Source: Alphaproteobacteria bacterium (lineage in GTDB: Bacteria > Pseudomonadota > Alphaproteobacteria > SP197). From it: 64,000 nt of DNA. The DNA lies in contig OZ219917.1 in assembly GCA_964291415.2 (NCBI GenBank), forward strand, positions 160,001 to 224,000. Reading direction: 5' to 3'. Made by a program: the position numbers and the translations under genes. How positions within the stretch are numbered: position 1 is the stretch's first letter; every line of letters begins with the position of its first letter. This document shows positions 48,406-59,675 of the stretch, piece by piece. The notes below the pieces were generated by a model. That model had not been told where the DNA came from. It did not search any database and saw nothing but the letters and a program-made list of their open reading frames with translations.

Positions 48406-49234
48406 ACGCCGGCGCATGCCGCATTCCTTCAGCTGCCGCCACTGTGAGTGCACCAGGACGTAGAGCTCGCCGTCCTCGACCAAGAGCTTGACGTTCATGG
48501 ACTGGCGCACCTCCTGCCAGGGCAGGTCCAGGAACTCCTTCTCGAGCCGCGTCAGCCTGCCCTTGGGCGTGCCCACCAGATAGCGCACCGGCGCGCCACC
48601 CTGGCGCATCGAGGCCAGCGTCTCCTCGGTGGGATGCCGCGGTCCATGATCCAATCAGCCGGTAGCAGACCTGGATCTTCAGGATGTCCAGCCACCTGGT
48701 GCCCTGCCGGCTCGGCGGCAGGCGCTCAGCCCAGAAGCGGTCCAGGTCCAGGCGGTCCCACAAGGACAGCGCCAGCCAGCACGCACCCCACTGGCGCGGG
48801 TCGTGAAGCGCCACCTGCGCAAGGGCGATCTTCACCACCTCGTAGCTCAGCTCCGGCGCCCCCCGTCCTCGGGAAACAGCGCCATCTGCCGTGATCGCGA
48901 GGTGCCCTCCACCACCTTGATCGAGCGGCACCACGCCGCGCGCTGACTGTCGTTGATCTCGCCGAGATAGAGGACCTGTCGCTGAACAACTCGGCCGCCG
49001 TGGACCCGGACGTTCTCCACCACGCTCCAGTAGCGGTGCTTCCTGCCGTCCTTGAAGCGTCTCTTGCAGCGCACGAACATGGGCACAACGTCCGGGGCTC
49101 TTCGTCAGCCCAATCAAGGGGGTAGGTCGGCACTACAAGCGCTTCCGGAGAGACACTGCACGGAAATCCGCCAGTTCTCGCGCCGGAAACACGTCAAAAT
49201 AGTCGAATCAGATGCCGAGTTGCGGAAGTCGGGG
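48406..49234 (-). mobile_element. IS1634 family remnant (left end plus deleted transposase)
   Basis: RFKDGRKHRYWSVVENVR..RVVQRQVLYLGEINDSQ, RQWGACWLA, DRGIPTEETL..YLVGTPKGRL; terminal CCCGACTTCCGCAACT. Confidence 0.8.
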
Positions 49235-49548
49235 TTCGTGGGTGCTGGACTATCACGAGCCTGGAAGCACAGTTCCGAGTGGAGTAGTTTGCCACGAGTT
49301 GGAGTGTAGGCCCACTTTGTCAGACCGATCTCCCCGACTGTCCTCCCTGGCGCCGGTTCTCTGACTCTGGGTAGGGAGGAGCTTGATGAATCCTAGTACA
49401 TCAATTCGCCGATCACAGCTGGACATGAACCTTGGTACAATCCGGTTGAACTTAAGGTGTTACCGAAGTTGGCTTACACCACGCTCATGCAGTAAACTAC
49501 GAGTGACGGGATGCTATTTGTAGTGTGCCATTCGACAAGGGAACGCTC

Positions 49549-50282
49549 ATGGCTAAGGCGAATTCGAAGAACAACGATAAGTTCAAGCTTCCTAACTCGT
49601 CACTGGACGAAGTATTCAAGGTAGTCCAAGGGATACGCGACCATCGATAAGCCTGCTTCCTTAGCCGAAATAGCTAAGGCAACCGGTATGCATGAGACCT
49701 CGATCAGCAAGAACGTGGGCTTTTTGCTTTCCATTGGCGTGCTTGAAGGCGGTCGGTACAAAGCTCCGACCGAAACTGGCCAAAAGCTGGGGCTCGCGTT
49801 GATGCACGATGTTCCGGAAGAACTAGAGAGTATCTTAGGAAGCATTGTTGCCGATGATGAGTTCCTCAAAAGCGTGCTTGCTGCAGTTAGAATTCGTAAA
49901 GGGGATGGATGAGACATCTCTGCGCGCGCACATTGCCTACAGCGCAGGTCAGTCAAGGACCGGTTCAACGACTACAGGAACCGGGGCCGTTGTGGAACTT
50001 CTAAGGCGCTCTGGTCACCTAAATTCGGATGAGGGAAGATTGGTGGTTAGTGCACCGACCCCCACTCTCTTGCCCATGAAGCGCAAATGCCGACAAGAGT
50101 AGAACATGTCACATCGCAATTGGTCTCGGAAACCGTTGATACGACTTCAGCGTTTACGATTTCGATCAGGATTGATGTGCGCTGTGAACCTAAGGATCTT
50201 GATGGTCTGGGTACTGCGCTTCGCAAGGTCGTAGACGAGTATTCCAAGGAAATCGGGGATTGCCGACGACCGCGAGGAGTGA
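49549..50282 (+). CDS. Winged-HTH hypothetical protein (DUF5343-like), with several 1-nt frameshifts
   Basis: Reconstructed: FKLPNSSLDEVFKVVQGY..ASLAEIAKATGMHETSISKNVGFLLSIGVL..TETGQKLG..AVRIRKGMDE..ISIRIDV. Extra G in GGG/GGGG runs. Confidence 0.6.
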
Positions 50283-51232
50283 GCATTGCCTCGCCCTTTC
50301 AATCAAGCCACAGCCGAGCAAGTTGTGACTGTGTCTGAAGCCGTTGCCGCATTGGGAGGAGGCTGATGTGCCAACAGTCGCTGCCTTCACCGATCTTCCG
50401 GACGAGATTGTAGAGAGTGCGCTTAATCTCGCCACAGATCTAATGCTGTTGAATGCGAACGCCCGACAGTTTTCCAGCAGTAGCCCGCTTTGCCAACTGC
50501 TTCGGACACCACAAGATCGCGAGAAGGCGGCGATCATGCGTGCATGATTGAGTCGTACGATCCATTCTTGGTGTTCCGAGAAGAACTAGAGGCGACCAAC
50601 GACGTGACAGCCTCAGCGCAACGTACAATAGCGCAGTGTGATCTAGACTGTCATCGCGAGCAGGTAAAGAGACTTTGTTAAGTCTTGCGACCTATAGCGG
50701 CGCGCTGATCGCGGGGCACGGAACAGCTACGAGCGAGATGTCCGGGGAATCTCTGCACTCTTGGATGAGCTCGCGGCCGGAAGTCGAGAAGTCGCTGGAG
50801 CAACGCTTACTGTACGGACAGAACTTGGCCCTGATGCCGCGGGACGGGTAGATCACGACCAAGTTGTGCTCCCACTAGTAGCCGGTCTGCGGCACGCAGC
50901 AGCCGGCTCGAGTCGCGAGGCCGTACTGCAGGCGGGCATCGCCATAGAGAACTTTCTCACCTCGGTCGCAACCGACCATGGAACAGATGTTGCTAATGCG
51001 AATGGAATCAATGCAAAGATGCATCGATTGGTGCAGGCCGGTCACTACCCCGAAAAGCTTCACATGTTTGCAAGTACCTAGGCCATGTCAGAAACGCTGC
51101 CGATCATGGGAATGATGCCGAAATTGGTGCACCTTGGTACGTTTCGGAACGACTGGACGGAACTACATCTTCGTTGCAGTCGGATTCATTCGTTCGATGA
51201 TCGCGCACGCAACGGATCGTCACGAGATCTGA
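50279..51232 (+). CDS. wHTH-like N-terminus + C-terminal HEPN (Rx4H) protein, with several frameshifts
   Basis: GTGA coupling to the upstream gene; EAVLQAGIAIENFL helix; RNAADH encoded at 51090-51107. Confidence 0.65.
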
Positions 51233-51249
51233 CCGAAAGACTCTTCACC

Positions 51250-52110
51250 TCACAAATCTATTTTATCGTTGACGAGCCGGAATCAGAAAGCGCCATCGTC
51301 TGTACACCACGCTTGTTCGCAGAATCGCAGCAAAATTTCTGATCACCATGCGTTCCAACTGCACTCTGTGTATCCTCAGTGCATCCGGCAAAACATCGTA
51401 TCGGTAAAAGTTCCAGTCTCTGATTGAAGGATGTCCCGCTCTAAATCTTTGGATCAACTGTCTGCCTCACCAATGTAGAAGAGTTTCTTGTTTGTATCAA
51501 TCAACATGTAAATGACATTTTCTGCTCCGATCTCGGATTCGAAATCGTCGCGTGAACACCAGTCCTGTTTGTAGATACGAATGGTGTTCTTGTTGGCCAA
51601 TTCGTCATCGATCCGTTTAAGGGTTGGCGAGTATGTGAGTCGACGGAATAACTCCGGGAATGTCGGAGTTTGAGTGTAGTGGGCGGTCATGCGAACCGTC
51701 TTCGACTCTTTGTCGAATTCGATGTCGAGGAATTCCCAAAATGGTATATCCCTTTCGATGTCGGAGTCGGTATCTGGCCGCAGACGGCTTTCGATGTCGC
51801 GCATGAAAGTCATAAGGAATACTTCTTTAAGTTCATTCTTTAAATCATCACCAAACCACATGCGGTAAACCTTGTTGGCGCGATTTTTGGGCCAAGTACA
51901 CGTTACCTGACCGGCGTATCTTTTCTTGTTAAAGTTGATCGAGAATGTCGATCCTTCGTCCTCCTTTCCCATTAGACCGGGGAAGACCTCGTCAAGGTTC
52001 CAGACTTTGCATACCCACATGGGAACAGTCGTTCCCTTATGTTGAAACAAGGAGGGTCAACCTTCTTGCGCCAGAGTGGAAAATCGACATTGGGTTCGTT
52101 CTCTTGGCAT
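51250..52110 (-). CDS. Protein with a C-terminal GIY-YIG nuclease domain, with frameshifts
   Basis: SD GAGGTG before ATG 52110; NVIYMLID..FYIGEA..QRF..H..LERMVI. Confidence 0.7.
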
Positions 52111-52909
52111 TTAACACCTCTCAGCGATGGGGGTCGCAGGCTAACTGCTTAACCCGACCGCACTCCGGTCAAACAAACACACTTCGAGAACGCCTTTGAC
52201 GCCGTTGATATGAACAGGGTTGGTGATGTATCGAACTGAGGCTCACTCGGCACTCTTGAAGCAACAGCTTAGGAGAGCCGCCAACCTGAGGCGACAGTGA
52301 TAAGACTGTTCCGCAGGTCATGGGACCAGCACTTGGTGCCGCCAGCCTCCTAATACGGGGCTGGAGAAGGTGCGGGTCTTGGACATGGCGGTGGGCGCCG
52401 GTGCCCAAGAGGAACATTCAATCGCGAGCATGAGTCGAGTAGTTGCTCGCCTCGACTCTGCGGCGTTCAGGATTGACCGAGAACTGCCGGGCAACCGGGA
52501 ATTCCAAGAGTACATCAGCCTTTTGTTGCTTGGTTGGATAGCACCTCGGAAACCGAGCAACTTGTCGCCTGGCTGGAATGTATCGATGGTCGGTTGGCGA
52601 CTGTCGTACGTATCCTGGCAGTTCGTATTCCGGGTTTCTCTGACATAGCACCCATATAGGGACGCCCGAAATTTGGTCAACTCAACAATCAATACCAAAA
52701 TGGAAGTGACTGTCTTCCAAAGTCGCAGTTAGTCTTCTGGAGTCAACAGCGAATAATCTTCAACACTCTGAAAACGGCGTGCATGGCAGTTAGATTGCCC
52801 GTTCAGGTAGTTGTTTGTCGCCGCTTAAGAGCGAAATCACTTTCCTGAAGGTCGCAGCCTCAGCTTGCGTTGACGCCTCGTCCAGCTGACGAATGGGAAG
52901 CAGGTGGAA

Positions 52910-54992
52910 TCAAGTGGAGAGGCCGAGGTCGCGTTTCTTGCTGGCGGCCCAGGCCTGGATGATGCGGTCGGCGATCATGGCCATGAGGGCCATGGATCCG
53001 CCGGCGATGACGCCCTGGCCGAACTTGGCGTTGGTGAGGCTGTCGTAGACCCACTGGCCGAGGCCCTTGGTGCCGACGAGGGCGGCGATGACGAGCATGG
53101 CGAGGGCGAACATCACGACCTGGTTGAGGCCGACCATGATCTCGGGGATGGCCAGCGGGAGCTTGACCTTCCAGAGGATCTGCCTCTCGGTGCAGCCCAT
53201 CATCCGGGCGGCCTCGATGGCGACCGGGTCGACGTGGCGGATGCCGTGCTCGGTGTAGCGGATGGCCGGCACGATGGCGTACATGATGATGGCGAGCAGC
53301 GCCGAGAAATCGCCCACCAGGAACACCATCACCACGGGGATGAGGAAGACGAAGAGCGGCATCGTCTGCAGGGTGTCGTTGATCGGCCGCAGGACGGCGG
53401 AGACGCGGTCGTTCTGCGCCGCCCAGATTCCTAAGGCCCCGCCGGCCACGAAGCAGATGATGACCGAGGTGGCGGTGAGATAGAACGACAGCATGGCCCT
53501 GTGGCCAGGCGCCGCTCACCAGCATGAAGATCATGCCGAGGAAGGCGAAGAGGGCAACCCTCCAGCCGCCGACCTGGAAGGCGATCAGGGTGACGGCGGC
53601 GATGAAGACGGGCCACGGCGTTCCGGACGAACCGTAGTAGAAGAGGATGCCCAGGAGCGCTGTGGCGACGGCGGCGCGCCAGCCGCCCAGCCGTGCCGCC
53701 AGGGAGCCGATGGCCACCAGGATCATCCAGTAGATGACGGACGCCAGCGCCGTCATCTCGAAGCCCCACGAGGTGGGCCGGGCAATCCTCTCGAGGCCCG
53801 CCTTCATGGGCAGCATGAAGAAATAGAGCGTATAGGTCTTGATGGCGTCCGTGGTGTCGAAGAAGTTGCGGGTGAACCAGGAGACCGCGGTGTTGAGTCT
53901 CTCGGCAGGATCGATGATCCATGCCTCGGGATAGGCGCTGAACACCGGCACCGCCCACGAGAGCAGCGTGCCGGCGGCGACCGCCGCTGCCATGGAGACA
54001 AGCATGGGATGCCGCGCGATGTAGTTGCCCGAACGACGCACGTGGATCTCTCCCGTTCGTTCGGCGAAGCCGCGGCTGATGCGGTCCATCATCATGGCGA
54101 TCAGCACGATGACCAGTCCGGCGAGGAGACTCTGGCCGGTCTGGGCCTTGCGCATCGTGGAGAGCACCTCCCAGCCGATATCGGCGAAGCCGCCGATGAT
54201 GGCGGCGATGATCACCATGGCGAGTGCCGCCATGATGGTCTGATTCACGCCGATCATGATCGTGTGCATCGCTGCCGGAACACGCACCATGAAGAGGAGC
54301 TGGAAACCGTTGCAGCCGGACATCTGACCGCTCTCGATGACATTGTCGGGAACCCTTTGGAGCCCCAGCATGAGGTTCCTCACCATGGGCGGGCTGGCGT
54401 AGATTGCCGAGGCCACCATGCCGACCACGGGCCCGATCCCGAAGAGAATGAGGATGGGAATGAGATAGGCGAACGTCGGCACCGTCTGCATCACGTCCAG
54501 CGTCGGTTCGATGACGCGCCGGGCCCAGCGGAACTGGAAACCGAGCAGTCCCATGATGAACCCGATCATGACCGAAAGCGGCACGGACATGCAGACCAGC
54601 GCCAGGGTCGACATGCTCTCGTCCCAGTATCCGACGACCACCATGTAGAGAAGCGAGGCGATGCAGAAGGCGGAGAGACGCCAGCCTTTGGCGGCGTAGG
54701 CGATGATCGCCACGATGGCGATCGTGACCGGCCACGGCGATGTCTGCAGCACGGCCTGGATTCCCCTCATCGGCCATTCGAGGGCATCGGAAATCAGGCG
54801 GAAGAGCGGCTTGAAGTTGGCCGTGAACCAGTCCATCAGAAACTCGAGGCCGGCCTCGATGGGAAGAATCCAGCCCGTGGGATACTTGACGAGCCATTTC
54901 GCGTCGTCACGCAGGACGAGGCAGAGGATCGCCAGGACGCCGAAGACCAGCCAGACCAGGAGCCTGGGCGGCAGCAGGCGCGCCGGGTTCAC
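52910..54992 (-). CDS. proW: Glycine betaine/choline ABC permease (ProW-like, duplicated domain); 1-nt frameshift at about 53498
   Basis: DVMQTVPTFAYLIP / DTLQTMPLFVFLIP, two EAA-loop regions, GVNQTIM / GLNQVVM. Confidence 0.88.
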
Positions 54993-56056
54993 GCGGCGTC
55001 CTCCCCGGCATGGCTGTCGGCGAGAGAGCTCAGGACCATCTGGGCGGTGATGCTGCCGACGATGGCGCCCTCCCCGTTCTTCACGGCGATGACGTCCGAG
55101 CCGCCGGCAAACCGCGGCATGATCTCTTCGAGCGTGGCATGCTCGTCGACCACGTCGTCGGTGGCGGGATGGGAGGCGTCAGCGGTGGCAATGTCGCCGG
55201 CGGTGATCACCTTCACCCGCGGCACGTCCTGGGTGAACTCGCTGACATAGTCGTCTGCCGGCTGCATCACCACCTCGGCGGGCGTGCCGATCTGCACGAT
55301 CCGTCCATCCTTCATGATGGCGATCCGGTCCGCCAGGCGCAGCGCCTCGAGGAAGTCGTGGGTGATGAAGACGATGGTCTTGTGGAGGAGTTGCTGAAGA
55401 CGCAGGAATTCGTCCTGCATCTGCCGGCGGATCAGCGGATCGAGAGCGGAGAAGGGCTCGTCGAGGAACCACAGCTCCGGTTCGACAGCCAGGCTCCTGG
55501 CGATCCCGACGCGCTGCTGCTGGCCGCCCGACAGCTGGCGCGGATAGCTCGTCTCGCGCCCTGCCAGCCCGACGAGCTCGATCATTTCCATCGCCCGGGC
55601 GCGCCTCTCTTCCTTGGAAATCCCCTGGATCTGCAGGGGAAAGGCGACGTTCTCGAGCACCGACAGGTGCGGCAGGAGACCGAAATTCTGGAACACCATG
55701 CCCATCTTGTGGCGGCGGATGTCGATCAGCTTGTCCCTGGAGACCTGCAGGAGGTCCTCGCCGTCGAGAATCACCTCTCCCGCGGTCGGCTCCACGAGCC
55801 GGGAGAGACAGCGCACGATGGTCGATTTCCCGGAACCCGACAGGCCCATGATGACGAAGATTTCGCCGATTTGGACATCGAACGTGACATCGCAGGCAGC
55901 ACCGATGTGGCCCGACTCGTTGATGGAGTCGACCAGGCTCCCGACATCGTCCACGTCGCCCTTGCGGGACGTGAAGAACCTGTCGGCCTCGGGGCCGTAC
56001 ACCTTCCAGACATGCCTGCAGGTCAGCTTGACTTCCTGGTCATCGGTTCCCGTCAT
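54989..56056 (-). CDS. proV: Glycine betaine/choline ABC ATPase
   Basis: [37 protein letters not shown]. Confidence 0.92.
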   Translation of the reverse strand: MTGTDDQEVKLTCRHVWKVYGPEADRFFTSRKGDVDDVGSLVDSINESGHIGAACDVTFDVQIGEIFVIMGLSGSGKSTIVRCLSRLVEPTAGEVILDGEDLLQVSRDKLIDIRRHKMGMVFQNFGLLPHLSVLENVAFPLQIQGISKEERRARAMEMIELVGLAGRETSYPRQLSGGQQQRVGIARSLAVEPELWFLDEPFSALDPLIRRQMQDEFLRLQQLLHKTIVFITHDFLEALRLADRIAIMKDGRIVQIGTPAEVVMQPADDYVSEFTQDVPRVKVITAGDIATADASHPATDDVVDEHATLEEIMPRFAGGSDVIAVKNGEGAIVGSITAQMVLSSLADSHAGEDAA

Positions 56057-56226
56057 GATCTCCTCGCATCGGCCATGCCCCGCTCCCGGACCGTCCCTCG
56101 TTCCCCCAGGACAGAACAATCTATCCGGTCGGGCCACAAAACGCCATGATCCGGGCCAGCGGTCTCGACCGGCTCGGCGAAGAGGTGCAGTATGGGACGC
56201 CACATCGGGAGTCTGAATTCGAGGCC

Positions 56227-57360
56227 ATGCTCAGGACAGAGGACATCGAGGGCCTTGACAACCCGACAGCCGAGGCCCGCGGGCTGCCGGGACATGCCTA
56301 CACGAGCGAGGAGTTCGCCCGCCAGGAGCAGGCCCGGCTCTTCGCTCGGACCTGGACATTTGCCGGATATGCCCACGAGGTGCCGGATGCCGGATCCGTC
56401 ATGCCGAGGACACTGGCCGGTGTCCCTCTCCTCTTCACGCGCACCCGCGCCGGCGAAGTCAGGTGTTTCCACAACATCTGCACCCATCGGGGTACGCTGC
56501 TTGTCGACGAGGCGACGAACGGTCTTGCCACCCTGCGTTGCCGCTATCACGGCTGGACGTACGATCTCGACGGAGCGCTGCGCCTGACTCCCCACTGGGG
56601 CGGTCACAACCAGGCCCAGGCCGAAGGTTTCGAGAAGTCGTGCCACGGTCTCAAGCCCGTCCGCATGGCGCGCTGGTACGACTGGATCTTCGTCAACGTC
56701 GACGGCCTCGCCGAGCCCTTTGCCGACTACGCCGCACCTTTCATGACCCATGTCGCCGAGTACGACTTCGACGACGCCACCTGGGCGCTGACACTCCATT
56801 ACGACATCGCCGGCAACTGGAAACTGGTGGCCGAGAACTATCTCGAGACGCTCCATCTCGATTTCGTGCACACCCTGCTCGCCGAGGCGGCTCCCTTCCA
56901 GCAGCACGAGGTCATCGCCGACGGCGCCTGTCTGGGCACCATCATCAACGTCGGTTTGCCTGCCACCTGGACCAAGGCCGAGTCGCTGCCGCGCTGGCCG
57001 GGTATCGATGACGCCAACAGGACGGCCAAGAACCTGGCGCTCTTTCCCAACTTCAAGTTCGTGATCGGCCCCGACCATGCCTGCTCCATGGTGGAGTTTC
57101 CCGATGGCGCCGGCCAGTCCCACCAGCGCTGGGACTTCTATTTCCACGGCGACGGCGCCACGGCGCCTCGTTATGCCGATGCGAGGAAGGCGATCATCGA
57201 GTTCTTCGACACCACCAATGTCGAGGACTTCAATGCCGTGGAGGCGGTGCACAAGGGCCACATGTCACCGGCCATGCAGGGTGCCCGCTTCAACGGCATC
57301 TGGGAGGGAGGCGTGCATCACTTCCAGAAACTCGTTGCCCACTACATGAGCGAGCCATGA
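56227..57360 (+). CDS. Rieske non-heme iron oxygenase alpha subunit (choline/betaine/carnitine oxygenase-like)
   Basis: CTHRG..CRYHGW; NWKLVAENYLETLHLDFVH; NVEDF. Confidence 0.9.
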   Translation: MLRTEDIEGLDNPTAEARGLPGHAYTSEEFARQEQARLFARTWTFAGYAHEVPDAGSVMPRTLAGVPLLFTRTRAGEVRCFHNICTHRGTLLVDEATNGLATLRCRYHGWTYDLDGALRLTPHWGGHNQAQAEGFEKSCHGLKPVRMARWYDWIFVNVDGLAEPFADYAAPFMTHVAEYDFDDATWALTLHYDIAGNWKLVAENYLETLHLDFVHTLLAEAAPFQQHEVIADGACLGTIINVGLPATWTKAESLPRWPGIDDANRTAKNLALFPNFKFVIGPDHACSMVEFPDGAGQSHQRWDFYFHGDGATAPRYADARKAIIEFFDTTNVEDFNAVEAVHKGHMSPAMQGARFNGIWEGGVHHFQKLVAHYMSEP

Positions 57361-58238
57361 ACACAGACGTTTTCATCACCTGTGCCGTAACCGGCGCCGG
57401 GGACACCACGGACAAGAGTCCCCACGTGCCGGTGACGCCCGAGGCCATCGCCGATGCGGCCATCGAGGCCGCCCGCGCGGGTGCCGCCATTGCCCACATT
57501 CACGTGCGCGACGTGAAGACCGGCAAGGGCAACCGGGACAGGGACGCCTTCCGCGAGGTCGTGGCACGGGTGCGCGACAGCGAGTGCGACGTCATCCTCA
57601 ACCTGACCACGGGCATGGGTGGCGACTACGTGCCCGACACGGAAGATCCGGGGCGCGCGTCGCCGGAAAGCGACATGACGTCGCCCGAGGAGCGGGTGCT
57701 CCATGTCGAGGAACTGCTCCCGGAGATCTGCAGCCTCGATGTCGCCACCATGAACTTCACCGACGGCGCCTTCCTCAATGTCCCCGATCACCTGAGAGTC
57801 ATGGGCGAGCGCATCGCCAAGGCAGGCGTGAAGCCGGAACTCGAATGCTTCGATCTAGGTCATGTCAGGCTTGCCAACCAGCTCATCTCCGAGGGAGTCA
57901 TCGAGGAGCCGCCGCTCTTCCAGATCTGCCTCGGCGTTCCCTGGGGCGCTCCCGCGGATCCGGAATCGCTGATCGCCATGCGCAACCTCTTGCCGGCGAA
58001 TGCCCACTGGTCGGCCTTCGGGATCAGCCGCATGCAGATCCCCATGGCGGCACAGGCCGTGATCTCGGGCGGCAACGTGCGCGTCGGTCTCGAGGACAAT
58101 CTCTACCTGTCGCGAGGTGTGCTTGCGACCAACGGCCAGCTCGTGGAGCGCGCCGTCGAGGTCGTCGAACGCCTCGGCGCGCGGATCATGAGTCCAGCCG
58201 AGACGCGCCAGAAGCTGGGTTTGACGAAACAGTTCTGA
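57357..58238 (+). CDS. Beta-keto acid cleavage enzyme (BKACE/DUF849, CdhC-like)
   Basis: [33 protein letters not shown]. Confidence 0.92.
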   Translation: MNTDVFITCAVTGAGDTTDKSPHVPVTPEAIADAAIEAARAGAAIAHIHVRDVKTGKGNRDRDAFREVVARVRDSECDVILNLTTGMGGDYVPDTEDPGRASPESDMTSPEERVLHVEELLPEICSLDVATMNFTDGAFLNVPDHLRVMGERIAKAGVKPELECFDLGHVRLANQLISEGVIEEPPLFQICLGVPWGAPADPESLIAMRNLLPANAHWSAFGISRMQIPMAAQAVISGGNVRVGLEDNLYLSRGVLATNGQLVERAVEVVERLGARIMSPAETRQKLGLTKQF

Positions 58239-58254
58239 CACAGGGCAGCGGATC

Positions 58255-58668
58255 ATGGTGGAGAAGATCGTCAGGACCGACGAGGAGTGGCGGGCCCAGC
58301 TGACCGAGGAGCAGTTCAGGGTCACGAGGCGCGCCGGAACGGAAAGACCGTTCACCGGGGCCTATCACGGAACCGGCGAACCGGGCCTCTATCGCTGTGT
58401 GTGCTGCGGTGCGGCGCTCTTCGAATCGGCGACCAAGTTCGAATCAGGCACCGGGTGGCCGAGTTTCTGGGCCCCGGTCGACGACGAGGCGGTCGAGCTC
58501 AGGTCCGACAGGAGCATCTTCTTCATGCCCCGGACCGAGGTGGTCTGCGCCCGCTGCGACGCCCATCTCGGCCATGTCTTCCCCGACGGGCCGCCCCCGA
58601 CCCACCAGCGCTACTGCATGAATTCGGCCGCCCTCACCCACGAGAAGGCGAACGACGGCGGGACGTGA
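58255..58668 (+). CDS. msrB: Peptide-methionine (R)-S-oxide reductase
   Basis: [32 protein letters not shown]. Confidence 0.96.
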   Translation: MVEKIVRTDEEWRAQLTEEQFRVTRRAGTERPFTGAYHGTGEPGLYRCVCCGAALFESATKFESGTGWPSFWAPVDDEAVELRSDRSIFFMPRTEVVCARCDAHLGHVFPDGPPPTHQRYCMNSAALTHEKANDGGT

Positions 58669-59675
58669 AGCCCGGGCCTCTCAATCTCATCACCGATGTC
58701 GATGGCATCCTCGTCGGTCAGGCGGAGGATCACCACGTCAGGACCGGTGTCACCGCCATCGTCCCCGCAGAACGCGTCACGGCCGCCGCCGACGTGCAGC
58801 GGCGGCGCCCCTGGCACACGCGAGACCGGCACGCTCCATGTCGCCAGCCTCGTTGACGCCGTGGACGCGGTCGTGCTCTCCGGCGGCTCGGTCTTCGGTC
58901 TCGATGCGGCGGGAGGCGCCGTGGCACGGCTGGCCGAAGAAGGGCGGGGATTTCCCACCTCCGCCGGCAGGATTCCGGTGGTGCCCGCGGCCATCCTCTT
59001 CGACCTCGCAAACGGCGGCGACAAGGCCTGGGGCCGTCAGTCTCCCTACCCTGATCTGGGTTACCGGGCGGTCCAGGCGGCGGCGCAGCGTTTCGAACTG
59101 GGCAACGCCGGCGCCGGTCTCGGCGCCAGTGCCGGAATCCTCAAAGGAGGAACGGGGAGCGCCTCGGCGGTCACCGACAGCGGTCTCCAGGTCGGAGCCC
59201 TCGTTGCGGTCAACGCTGTCGGATCGACGGTGATCCCCGGCACCTCGACGCTCTGGGCGGCACTCTTCGAACAGGCCGGCGAGATGGGGATGGCGCCACG
59301 CTCGCTGCCCGACCGGTCCGATGGACCTCGATGACAAGTTCAAGGGCTTCGCCGGCGAAAACACCACCATTGGCGTTGTTGCGACCAATGCGACTCTCGA
59401 CAAGGGAGCGCTCAATCGCATCGCCATCATGGCCCATGACGGGCTGGCCCGCGCCATCCGTCCCGTTCACACACCCTTCGACGGCGACACCTTGTTCGCG
59501 CTCGCCACGGCGAGGCACCCCGACGACCATCGATCCCGTCACGCTCGCACGCCTGGGCTCGATGGCGTCTGACTGCGTGACGAGGGCGACCGGAAGGGCC
59601 ATGGTAGCGGCCCTGACCCTTGACGGCATGACGAGCTACAGCGACTGGAGGGATGGCAGGTGCCAACAGCAGTGA
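58665..59675 (+). CDS. P1/S58 (DmpA-like) peptidase; frameshifts at about 58800, 59320 and 59520
   Basis: [49 protein letters not shown]. Confidence 0.85.

Larger units (their letters stand above)
43060..52900. mobile_element. AT-richer, defence-like genomic island (boundaries approximate, no integrase seen)
   Basis: Abrupt compositional shift after the exporter stop and return at proW; contains nuclease-like genes and IS remnants. Confidence 0.75.

Noticed and set aside
47945-49117. 390-aa ORF as a novel hybrid transposase
   Set aside because: Accidental open frame across deleted IS1634 and IS110 fragments; catalytic cores are incomplete.
52170-52750. Short ORFs on both strands at the island's right end
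   Set aside because: No consistent frame, SD or motif could be reconstructed; left unassigned.
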